Numbered from the stretch's first letter, positions 14,554 through 23,003 are shown. The stretch: DNA of 25,630 bases from Candidatus Moraniibacteriota bacterium (GCA_030690925.1 JAUYFO010000092.1:1-25630); one strand, 5' to 3'. The notes: generated from the sequence alone by a model not told the origin. Numbers and translations are program-made.

Positions 14554-16668
14554 ATGCCACTCTACAAGATCCAGAAGCGTAATGGGACTATCGTAGACTT
14601 CGAGCCTGGTAAGATTAAGAACGCTATCGCCAAGGCCGCTCTATCGATCGGTCAGAGCGACCCCCTCATTCCGGAAGTGTTGGTAGCGGAGGTAGCGGTG
14701 GAGCTCGAAGAAAAGTGGAGCGATCAGATTCCCAGCGTGGAGCAGATTCAGGATGTGGTAGAGGACGTACTGATTCGTTTCGACTACGCTGAGATGGCCA
14801 AGGCCTATATTTTGTATCGGGAGAAGCGGCGTGAGGCCCGTGAGGATAAGAATGTGGTGGTGGAAGTACAGAAAACGGTGGCTGATTATCTCAACCGGGC
14901 CGATTGGCGGGTCAATGCCAATTCCAACCAAGGCTATTCGCTCGGGGGATTGATTCTGAATACGGCTGGCAGCGTCATCGCCAATTACTGGCTCTCCCAT
15001 ATTTACCCGAAAGCTGTTGGTGAGGCGCACCGCAACGGCGATTATCATATTCATGATCTCGATATGTTTTCCGGTTACTGTGCCGGTTGGAGTCTGCGCG
15101 TTCTTCTGGAAGAGGGCTTCAATGGTGTGACCAACAAGATCGAATCGGCACCACCGAAGCACCTTTCCTCGGCCGTGTCGCAGATGGTCAACTTTTTGGG
15201 GACACTGCAGAACGAGTGGGCCGGAGCCCAGGCTTTTTCCAGCTTCGATACCTACATGGCACCTTTTGTGAAGAAGAAGGAATTGGAGTTGCGAGAGGAT
15301 ATCGTTACGTATGGCATGAAGTTTTCTTCGAAAAAGAAAGAGGAAGCCTATGTCAGTGACGCCCTCTATAGCTACGTTTATCAGAATCTGCAGTCATTTG
15401 TCTTTAACTTAAACATTCCGTCCCGTTGGGGCACTCAGACGCCGTTTACCAACATCACGCTGGACTGGGATTGTCCCGAGGATTTGAAAGACAAACGCCT
15501 ATTGTTGGGGGGTAAGCCATTTCCCTACACTTTTGGCGAACTGGGAAAAGAGATGGATATCGTCAACCGGGCTTTCATCGAGATTATGACTCATGGGGAT
15601 GCCTGTGGGCGGACATTTACTTTTCCTATTCCGACTTACAATATCGGCAAGGACTTCGACTGGGAGAGTAAGAAGAATTTACCGTTGTTTGAGATGACGG
15701 CCAAGTACGGGACACCATATTTCCAGAATTTCATCAACTCAGAGCTCAATCCAGGTGACGTGCGTTCCATGTGCTGTCGGTTACAGCTCGACTTACGGGA
15801 ACTACGCAAGCGTGGTGGTGGGCTCTTCGGTTCGGCCGAAATGACAGGTTCCATCGGAGTGGTGACTATCAATGCGGCCCGTATCGGATATCTGACCAAG
15901 GGTGATAAGGAAAAGTTTTTCGCTCAGATCGAGCACCTGATGCAACTAGCCAAGACATCGCTTGAGATAAAACGCAAAGTGATTCAGGAATGGATCGACC
16001 GGGGATTGTTTCCGTACACCAAACGCTACCTCGGGTACCTGAAAAATCACTTCTCGACTATCGGTATCAATGGAGTAAACGAAGCCATCCGTAACTTTAC
16101 TGATGATCAGGAAAATATCACTACCAAGTGGGGCAACGCCTTTGCTGAGGAAGTGCTGGTGTTTATGCAAGAAAAGATTAAGTCGTTTCAGGAAGAAACC
16201 AAGAACTTCTATAACCTAGAGGCCACGCCGGCCGAAGGGACGACCTACCGGTTCGCCAAGGAAGACCGCAAGCGTTTTCCCGATATTCTTCAGGCGGGGA
16301 CCGCGGAAGCCCCCTACTACACCAACTCTTCTCAGGTACCGGTGGGCTATACTGACGATATCTTCGAGGTACTCGATCTCCAGGATAATCTGCAGACCAA
16401 ATATACCGGGGGAACGGTGCTCCACTGCTATATGACCGAAAAGATCTCATCACCGGAAGCTTGTCGCAATCTGGTGCGCAAGATTCTGAGGCACTATCGT
16501 TTGCCGTACATCACCATTACTCCAACCTTTTCCATCTGTCCCAAGCACGGCTATCTCTCGGGTGAATATGATTTTTGTCCCAAGTGCGACGCAGAAATCG
16601 GTACAGTGGGTGAGCGCTTCGACGAGACCTATCGCAAGACCTACATGAGCGCCAAAGCAGAGAAGTAA
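14554..16668 (+). CDS. nrdD: Class III (anaerobic) ribonucleoside-triphosphate reductase, large polypeptide lacking the glycyl-radical segment
   Basis: N-terminal ATP cone (IQKRNG...FEPGKIKNAI...AKAYILYR), YHIHDL, GYCAGWSL, RSMCCRLQLD, LEATPAEG, C-terminal CPKHG...CPKC zinc site. No R-x-x-G-Y motif in this ORF. ATG 14554 preferred to TTG 14542. Confidence 0.93.
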   Translation: MPLYKIQKRNGTIVDFEPGKIKNAIAKAALSIGQSDPLIPEVLVAEVAVELEEKWSDQIPSVEQIQDVVEDVLIRFDYAEMAKAYILYREKRREAREDKNVVVEVQKTVADYLNRADWRVNANSNQGYSLGGLILNTAGSVIANYWLSHIYPKAVGEAHRNGDYHIHDLDMFSGYCAGWSLRVLLEEGFNGVTNKIESAPPKHLSSAVSQMVNFLGTLQNEWAGAQAFSSFDTYMAPFVKKKELELREDIVTYGMKFSSKKKEEAYVSDALYSYVYQNLQSFVFNLNIPSRWGTQTPFTNITLDWDCPEDLKDKRLLLGGKPFPYTFGELGKEMDIVNRAFIEIMTHGDACGRTFTFPIPTYNIGKDFDWESKKNLPLFEMTAKYGTPYFQNFINSELNPGDVRSMCCRLQLDLRELRKRGGGLFGSAEMTGSIGVVTINAARIGYLTKGDKEKFFAQIEHLMQLAKTSLEIKRKVIQEWIDRGLFPYTKRYLGYLKNHFSTIGINGVNEAIRNFTDDQENITTKWGNAFAEEVLVFMQEKIKSFQEETKNFYNLEATPAEGTTYRFAKEDRKRFPDILQAGTAEAPYYTNSSQVPVGYTDDIFEVLDLQDNLQTKYTGGTVLHCYMTEKISSPEACRNLVRKILRHYRLPYITITPTFSICPKHGYLSGEYDFCPKCDAEIGTVGERFDETYRKTYMSAKAEK

Positions 16669-16703
16669 TAAAAACAAAAAGTAATTCCTCTAACAGTACC
16701 ATT

Positions 16704-16895
16704 ATGGCTGGAGCACAGGTAGCAGATAACGCCGGACGCACCCGCTGTGAAGTGTGGACTCGTGTCATGGGGTACCATCGGCCCGTTTCGCACTTCAACG
16801 TCGGGAAAAAAGCGGAGCACTATTCGCGCAAGCACTTCGAGGAGTGTGTGGCAGACAACGTTTCTTTTGAAGCGCGCTACGGAGAGGCGACCTAA
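16704..16895 (+). CDS. Stand-alone NrdD C-terminal glycyl-radical polypeptide (63 aa)
   Basis: CEVWTRVMGYHRPVSHFNVGKKAEHYSRKHF corresponds to the NrdD glycyl-radical loop (R-V-x-G-Y) and its C-terminal tail. Confidence 0.85.
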   Translation: MAGAQVADNAGRTRCEVWTRVMGYHRPVSHFNVGKKAEHYSRKHFEECVADNVSFEARYGEAT

Positions 16896-16917
16896 GATTT
16901 TTTTGGTAGTTACTTCC

Positions 16918-17622
16918 ATGAAACTTTCGGCCATCCAAAAGTTTACCATTCTCGACTATCCGAACAAGGTAGCGTGTATCGCTTTTACCCCTGGGTGCAA
17001 TATGCGTTGTGGTTTCTGCCACAACCCGGAGTTTGTGCTGCCAGAAAAAATACGCGAACTAGATGGTAACTTCATTGCCGAGGAGACGTTTTTCCGCTTC
17101 CTCGATCAACGGCGGGGACTACTTGAGGGAGTGGTAGTGTCAGGCGGAGAGCCAACCATCTGGCAGGATTTACCCGAATTTTTTGGTAAGATTAAAGCAT
17201 TGGGATTTTTGACCAAGCTTGATACCAATGGCAATCATCCCGAGATGCTTGAGCAGTTACTTCGGGAGAAGCTGGTAGATTATGTGGCTATGGATGTCAA
17301 AACGTCACTGGCTCAGTACCCCAAGCTGGTGGGCGGGGGCGTGAAGTGCAACAACATCGCAGAGAGTATGGAACTTTTGAAATCGTCCGGTACCCCTTAT
17401 GAATTTCGCACGACACTCATCAAAGAGGTACACAATGAAGAAGTACTAGGAGATATGAAGCAGATGCTAGCTGGGGCGGAAAAGTTTTTTTTACAAACCT
17501 TTCGTCCTGGACATACGCTCAATTCCGTTTTTGCAACCTATCATCCATTCTCGAGTGAAGAGACCGACCGGATTGCGCAGACCTTTCAAAAAGAAGTGGC
17601 TTCGGTCAGTATAAGAAATTAA
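16918..17622 (+). CDS. nrdG: Anaerobic RNR activating radical-SAM enzyme
   Basis: GCNMRCGFCHN (CxxxCxxC), VVVSGGEPT, KLDTNG, YEFRTT. ATG 16918 preferred, since the track start 16747 overlaps the small nrdD gene. Confidence 0.92.
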   Translation: MKLSAIQKFTILDYPNKVACIAFTPGCNMRCGFCHNPEFVLPEKIRELDGNFIAEETFFRFLDQRRGLLEGVVVSGGEPTIWQDLPEFFGKIKALGFLTKLDTNGNHPEMLEQLLREKLVDYVAMDVKTSLAQYPKLVGGGVKCNNIAESMELLKSSGTPYEFRTTLIKEVHNEEVLGDMKQMLAGAEKFFLQTFRPGHTLNSVFATYHPFSSEETDRIAQTFQKEVASVSIRN

Positions 17623-17638
17623 CTTTTAAGAAACGGAT

Positions 17639-18871
17639 ATGTTTGAGGTTTTTTCTCTGGTGAAGTTCTTGATCTTGCAGGGGGCTGGACTGGTTATCGC
17701 TCTCATCGCGGCGGGCTTGTTTGTGTACCTCGTTTTACGCAAGCTCCATTCTTCGAGGATTACCCTTTTTCTGTTTTTCTTTTTCTTTGGAACGTGTTTG
17801 CTGTTGTATGTTCCGATGGGTATACCGAGTAGCATCACCTATCCTTTTGGGTTGAAAACCTACGGCCCGGCGGAGGGCCCCTGGCTACCACTAAAAAATG
17901 TTTTTACTTTTTTCCGGCACGTCCGGCAATTTGAACGTGTGGCTGACATCGCGCGGGACCCAAACGTCACCCCGGCGCCGCTCCGTGCCGAAGGCGAGGA
18001 AGTGTCTCTCCATCTCACTACCAAAGAAGTGCTGGCTGAGATAGCGCCGGGAGTGGTGGTGAACTACTGGACATTCGATGGGACCGTGCCGGGGCCGATG
18101 CTGCGCGTGCGAGAAGGAGACATGGTACACGTGACTCTGAGCAATGATTCCAACAGCCTGCACCATCACAGTGTCGATTTTCACGCCGTAACTGGCCCTG
18201 GTGGTGGTGGCGTTGCCACCTATGTGGCTCCCGGAGAGTCTAAAGACTTTCGTTTTCGAGCCCTGAACCCGGGGTTGTATGTTTATCACTGCGCCGCTCC
18301 TAATGTCGCCAATCATATGGCGCACGGTATGTATGGAATGATCTTGGTAGAACCCAAGGAAGGATTGCCACAAGTGGATAAGGAATTCTACGTGATGCAG
18401 GGTGAAGTATATACTGCTGGTAAGATGGGGACTCAGGGTCTCCAAGTGATCGATACCGAGAAGATGCTTTCTGGGAATGCTGAGTATATTATTTTTAATG
18501 GGAGAGTGGGCGGTCTTAACGGAAAAATGACGGCCGCTACCGGGGAAAAGGTACGGATCTACTTCGGGAACGGAGGAGTGAGTGATATTTCTTCCTTTCA
18601 CGTCATTGGAGAAATATTTGATACGGTATACCCGGAGGCTTCTATCGGAGGGGCTCTCTTGAAAAATGTGCAGACAACGCTGGTACCGGCGGGAGGGGCT
18701 ACCATAGTGGAGTTTGGTCTAGAGGTGCCGGGACGCTATATACTGGTCGATCATGCCCTATCACGACTGGATCGTGGGGCTTGGGGGGTGCTCGAGGTGA
18801 CTGGCACAGAGAATCGCGAGGTGTTTGATGCAGCCGTAGATCCTCAGGTTGCCGCTACGCCGGGGCACTAG
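17639..18871 (+). CDS. nirK: Copper-containing nitrite reductase (AniA/class II-like) with two N-terminal TM helices
   Basis: HSVDFHAVTGPGG, YVYHCAAPNVANHMAHGMYG, SSFHVIGEIFD and LVDHALSR supply the type-1/type-2 Cu ligands and the catalytic Asp/His. Confidence 0.9.
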   Translation: MFEVFSLVKFLILQGAGLVIALIAAGLFVYLVLRKLHSSRITLFLFFFFFGTCLLLYVPMGIPSSITYPFGLKTYGPAEGPWLPLKNVFTFFRHVRQFERVADIARDPNVTPAPLRAEGEEVSLHLTTKEVLAEIAPGVVVNYWTFDGTVPGPMLRVREGDMVHVTLSNDSNSLHHHSVDFHAVTGPGGGGVATYVAPGESKDFRFRALNPGLYVYHCAAPNVANHMAHGMYGMILVEPKEGLPQVDKEFYVMQGEVYTAGKMGTQGLQVIDTEKMLSGNAEYIIFNGRVGGLNGKMTAATGEKVRIYFGNGGVSDISSFHVIGEIFDTVYPEASIGGALLKNVQTTLVPAGGATIVEFGLEVPGRYILVDHALSRLDRGAWGVLEVTGTENREVFDAAVDPQVAATPGH

Positions 18872-18878
18872 TCAAGGG

Positions 18879-18907
18879 TTGATTTCTCCCTGCAAGCCTG
18901 CTAGACT
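18879..18907 (+). promoter_or_regulatory. Sigma70 promoter of the ileS leader
   Basis: TTGATT (18879-18884), 17-nt spacer, TAGACT (18902-18907), with TG at 18899-18900. Confidence 0.65.
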
Positions 18908-18919
18908 GAATCTACAATT

Positions 18920-19120
18920 TTGAAAAGCGTTGAGGGAGCACATCACTCCTGAGCTGTAGAAAGAAACCTGCCGGTTGGCAGAGAGTAGAATCTATCGGAA
19001 CTGCCCGTAATAGCAGGCGAATAAGTCCGTCTGCCGGTTGGTAGGTGGAGAAGTAAGGTGGTACCACGTTTTGAATGTTTCAAACGTCCTTAGCACGGTT
19101 TTGTGTTAGGGATTTTTTGT
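18920..19120 (+). promoter_or_regulatory. T-box riboswitch (Ile) with antiterminator/terminator
   Basis: T-box AAGGTGGTACCACG (19055-19068). Antiterminator ACGTTTTGAA/TTTCAAACGT then CCT. Terminator CCTTAGCAC/GTGTTAGGG plus T tract (19088-19120). CCCGTAA stem IIA/B-like motif. Candidate Ile specifier ATC at 18994-18996. Directly upstream of ileS. Confidence 0.85.
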
Positions 19121-19139
19121 TTTTATAAAGAATACGGCT

Positions 19140-22100
19140 ATGTTCAAAAAAGTCGAAGCCAAAGTCAGTTTCCCGCGGATGGAAGAGGAAATCCTTAAGT
19201 TTTGGGATGAGAAAAAAATCTTTGAGCAGTCAGTAAAGAAAGAATCACCAGCTGGAGACTTTGTGTTTTATGAAGGCCCCCCGACGGCCAATGGCAAGCC
19301 AGGATTACATCATGTGTTGGCTCGCTCTTTCAAGGACATTATTCCACGTTACAAGACCATGAAGGGTTACCGGGTGGAGCGCAAGGCGGGCTGGGACACT
19401 CACGGACTGCCGGTGGAGCTGCAAGTCGAAAAGGCGTTGGGACTGAAGAGCAAGCAGGAGATCGAGAATATCGTGCCGGGCGACGTGCGGGCCAGCATCA
19501 TTGAATTTAATAAGCAGTGCAAAGAATCGGTGTGGGAATACCGTGATTTGTGGGAGAAGCTGACCCATCGCATGGCTTACTGGGTGGATATGGAACATCC
19601 CTACGTCACTTATGAGAATAAATATATCGAATCGGTGTGGTGGCAGCTAGCCCAGATTGCCAAAATGAAGAATGCTGCTGGCGAAAGTTTTCTCTACAAG
19701 GGACATAAAATAGTACCATATTGCTATCGTTGCGGGACGGCACTTTCGTCGCACGAGGTGGCGCAGGGGTACAAGGTGGTCAAAGACTTGTCAGTGACGG
19801 TGAAATTTGAGCTCGTAGATGAACCAGGGACATTTGTGTTGGCTTGGACTACCACACCTTGGACGTTGCCAGGGAATGTGGCGCTGGCAGTGAATGAAAA
19901 CATCGACTATGTAAAATTAGACGTTGAGTTAAGAGAGAGTAATGTCAAAAAGAGTTATATAGTAGCTAAAAGTAGTATTAATAGTGTTACTGATGTCGTT
20001 GGAATTGATGTGAATGAAAATATATTAAATGTTCTAAAAAATGGTCCGACTGAATTTTTTCAAATCGAGTTTAACAACTTTATTAAGACTTCAAAAATAA
20101 TTAAGGGATCTGATTTAGTTGGTAAGGCTTATAAACCACTGTTCGACTACTACGCCAAGGATGAAAAACTAGAAAACCGCGAGCGGGGGTGGAAGATTTA
20201 TCATGCCGACTTCGTGACGACTGAGAAAGGGACTGGTATCGCTCATGAAGCACCAGCTTTCGGTGAGGAAGATATGGAACTGGCCAAGGCCGAGAAACTT
20301 CCGATTATTCACCATGTAGGATTGGACGGGATGTTTGAGAAAGAAGTGACTGATTTTTCTGGTATGCAAGCGAAACCAAAAGATAATCCGGAGGCCACGG
20401 ATGTCGCGATTATCAAGTATCTAGCCGGTCAGGGACTGCTGTTTTCGAAGGAAAAATACGAACACGAATATCCTTTTTGCTGGCGCTGTGATACACCGCT
20501 CATCTACTATGCCAAGCCATCGTGGTTCATCCGGATGAGTGAGTTGCAGGAAGAGTTGGTACAGAACAACGAGGCCGTTTCCTGGGTACCAAAAAACATC
20601 AAAGAGGGGCGTTTCGGCGAGTGGTTACGCGGCGCGAAAGACTGGGCGATTTCCCGTGAACGGTATTGGGGGACACCGCTCCCTATCTGGGAGTGCGGTA
20701 AGTGTCAGGGACAAAAAGTTTTTTCTTCGATTAAGGAACTCGAAAGACTTTCGGGAAAAACACTTGAAGATGTACACAAACCCTATATCGACGATATTTT
20801 CTGGTTGTGCGATTGTGGCGGGACGATGAAGCGGACGCCGGAAGTGATGGACGTGTGGTTTGATTCCGGGGCGATGCCTTTGGCGCAGTTTTCGTACCCG
20901 AATCAGGTGAGCGAAAGCGTCAAGAAAAAAATCGAAGAGGGGAAATATTTTCCGGCAGACTACATTTGTGAAGCAATCGATCAGACGCGCGGGTGGTTCT
21001 ATACTCTGCACGCCGTCGCGACACTGCTTCACAAAGGGGGCGTGGTGAAAGTTGGGAATGCTTACAAAAACGTCATCTGTCTGGGGCATCTGCTCGATGG
21101 CGAGGGGAAAAAGATGTCCAAATCCAAGGGGAATGTGATCGATCCCTTCGAGATGTTCGATCAGTTCGGAGCCGATCAGTTGCGCTGGTTTATGTTTTCT
21201 GTCAATCAGCCGGGATTGCCCAAGCGTTTCGATCTGAAAGGAATGCGTGACGTGCAGAATCGGGTGTTTCGTATGTTGTGGAACTCCTATTCATTTTTCA
21301 CGACCTATGCCGTTATCGATAACTGGGCTCCTCAAGAAAATATCAAACCTTCGGAAAATCTTTTGGATCGGTGGATTGTATCGGAATTACAAGTGTTGAT
21401 TCAAGAAGTAGATGGTACTCTCGACAGATATGATGTGTACTCGGCAACTCAGAAAATCGAAAGTTTTATCGACAATCTTTCCAATTGGTACATTCGCCGC
21501 AGTCGTAAGCGTTTCTGGAAATCAGAAGACGATACTGATAAAGAGCAGGCCTACCAGACCCTGTACACGGTGCTGGTAACGCTCTCCAAACTGATGGCGC
21601 CGTTTACCCCGTTCCTTGCGGAAGAAATGTATAAGAATTTAACCGGTGAGCAGTCAGTACACTTAGCTGATTATCCAGTGGCTGATGCAAAGTTGATTGA
21701 TGAGAAGCTGATGAAGAATATGTCGTTGTTGCGTGAACTAGTAACAATTGGCCTTCAGAAGCGAACAGAAAAGAAAATTAAGGTTAGACAGCCACTCCAA
21801 TCACTTATATTGGGAGATGAGTATGAAGATCTTTACACGAAAGAGTTATTGGTTCATGGGAATGATTATGTGCAGATTATCTCAGAAGAATTAAATGTAA
21901 AAGGTTTCAAACTTGTTCGTGGACCAGAAAGTGAAAAAGTAACATTGGATTGGGAAATTACTCCTGAACTGAAACTGGAAGGTGAAATGCGTGAGGTGGT
22001 ACGGGCCATCCAAGAAGGCCGTAAGAAAGCTGGCTTCAAAGTTGAAGACCGCATCACCGTTGGCTATAGCGGGAAAGAAAAAGTTTTCCAGAACGAAGAT

Positions 22101-22229
22101 TTGAAACAAATAATTGAAAAAGAAGTATTGGCCACCGAAGTGCGGCCTGGTATGTTGCCCGATGCTGAATATACCGAAACCGTAAAACTCGATGACGAAG
22201 AATTTACTTTTACTTTGAAACGAGTGTAA
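19140..22229 (+). CDS. ileS: Isoleucine--tRNA ligase (type 2, eukaryote/archaea-like)
   Basis: FYEGPPTANGKPGLHH, GWDTHGLPVE, AWTTTPWTLPGN, DWAISRERYWGTPLP, EAIDQTRGWFY, KMSKSKGN. 1029 aa, without the type-1 C-terminal Zn finger. Confidence 0.97.
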   Translation: MFKKVEAKVSFPRMEEEILKFWDEKKIFEQSVKKESPAGDFVFYEGPPTANGKPGLHHVLARSFKDIIPRYKTMKGYRVERKAGWDTHGLPVELQVEKALGLKSKQEIENIVPGDVRASIIEFNKQCKESVWEYRDLWEKLTHRMAYWVDMEHPYVTYENKYIESVWWQLAQIAKMKNAAGESFLYKGHKIVPYCYRCGTALSSHEVAQGYKVVKDLSVTVKFELVDEPGTFVLAWTTTPWTLPGNVALAVNENIDYVKLDVELRESNVKKSYIVAKSSINSVTDVVGIDVNENILNVLKNGPTEFFQIEFNNFIKTSKIIKGSDLVGKAYKPLFDYYAKDEKLENRERGWKIYHADFVTTEKGTGIAHEAPAFGEEDMELAKAEKLPIIHHVGLDGMFEKEVTDFSGMQAKPKDNPEATDVAIIKYLAGQGLLFSKEKYEHEYPFCWRCDTPLIYYAKPSWFIRMSELQEELVQNNEAVSWVPKNIKEGRFGEWLRGAKDWAISRERYWGTPLPIWECGKCQGQKVFSSIKELERLSGKTLEDVHKPYIDDIFWLCDCGGTMKRTPEVMDVWFDSGAMPLAQFSYPNQVSESVKKKIEEGKYFPADYICEAIDQTRGWFYTLHAVATLLHKGGVVKVGNAYKNVICLGHLLDGEGKKMSKSKGNVIDPFEMFDQFGADQLRWFMFSVNQPGLPKRFDLKGMRDVQNRVFRMLWNSYSFFTTYAVIDNWAPQENIKPSENLLDRWIVSELQVLIQEVDGTLDRYDVYSATQKIESFIDNLSNWYIRRSRKRFWKSEDDTDKEQAYQTLYTVLVTLSKLMAPFTPFLAEEMYKNLTGEQSVHLADYPVADAKLIDEKLMKNMSLLRELVTIGLQKRTEKKIKVRQPLQSLILGDEYEDLYTKELLVHGNDYVQIISEELNVKGFKLVRGPESEKVTLDWEITPELKLEGEMREVVRAIQEGRKKAGFKVEDRITVGYSGKEKVFQNEDLKQIIEKEVLATEVRPGMLPDAEYTETVKLDDEEFTFTLKRV

Positions 22230-22951
22230 TGGAACTGCGCTACAACGCTATTGTTTTGAAGAAGAAAGAAGTCGGAGAAACGGATCGGCTGTATACGCTG
22301 TATACCGACACGGCTGGCAAATTGCAGTTGGTGGCCAAGGGGGTGCGTAAGTCAGAAGCCAAGCTGGCGGGCCAGCTCGAGACCCTCATGCAAGCACTGG
22401 TTATTGTCGTTAAGGGCCGTGGGGCTGGCAAGATTGCCGGCGCAGTGGCAGAAAAGAGTTTTCTCTATCTGCGCAGTGATTTCGATATTTTGAAGCGGGT
22501 AATGGAAGCAACTAGCATCTTCGAGCGCTTGGTGGGCTGGGAAGAGCAGGACAAAGAGCTCTTTGATCTCTTGGGGAAATACCTAGAGATCGTGAATGAT
22601 CTGGCTAAGGAAGAAAAAAAAGATAAGGCGCTGCTTGTGACCGAAGGTTTCCTCTTCCAGCTCTTCGCGCATTTGGGGTACGAGATCGAAACCGGTGTGT
22701 GCACGGTATCGGGAGAGAAGCTGGCCCGTGGGGAGAGGCACTTTTTCAGTCCCAGTGCCGGTGGAATGCTGCGCAGTGAGCATGCCCACGCCACGAGCGG
22801 TGCTCTACCTATCAGCGAAAGTACTATCAAACTGATTAGGTTGTTTCTTCATAACAAATTGGAAACACTTCCCAAGATCGCGGTCGAGCCAGGGCAGCTG
22901 CGTGAGGCTCGCCAGGTTGCTGCCCGCTTTTTTCAGTGGATTGAGGGGTAA
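22229..22951 (+). CDS. recO: DNA repair protein RecO
   Basis: AIVLKKKEVGETDRLYTLYT...GKLQLVAKGVRK..AKLAGQLE OB-fold start. 1-nt TAATG overlap with ileS. Confidence 0.92.
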   Translation: MELRYNAIVLKKKEVGETDRLYTLYTDTAGKLQLVAKGVRKSEAKLAGQLETLMQALVIVVKGRGAGKIAGAVAEKSFLYLRSDFDILKRVMEATSIFERLVGWEEQDKELFDLLGKYLEIVNDLAKEEKKDKALLVTEGFLFQLFAHLGYEIETGVCTVSGEKLARGERHFFSPSAGGMLRSEHAHATSGALPISESTIKLIRLFLHNKLETLPKIAVEPGQLREARQVAARFFQWIEG

Positions 22952-23003
22952 TTTCTTGCTACAATGGAAATAGCAGTAAGTAGTAAGAACCGTAGCTTTT
23001 TTT

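Noticed and set aside
16614-16703. Programmed -1 frameshift or read-through fusing nrdD to the glycyl-radical ORF
   Set aside because: Double TAA, no slippery heptamer and no clear stimulatory hairpin. Kept only as a caveat to the split-gene finding.
16747-16917. N-terminal extension of nrdG given by the ORF track
   Set aside because: Overlaps the small nrdD gene in another frame; radical-SAM homology starts at ATG 16918.
14554-22229. Inteins or self-splicing introns in nrdD or ileS
   Set aside because: Both frames are continuous and of normal length, with no intein block motifs or homing endonuclease.
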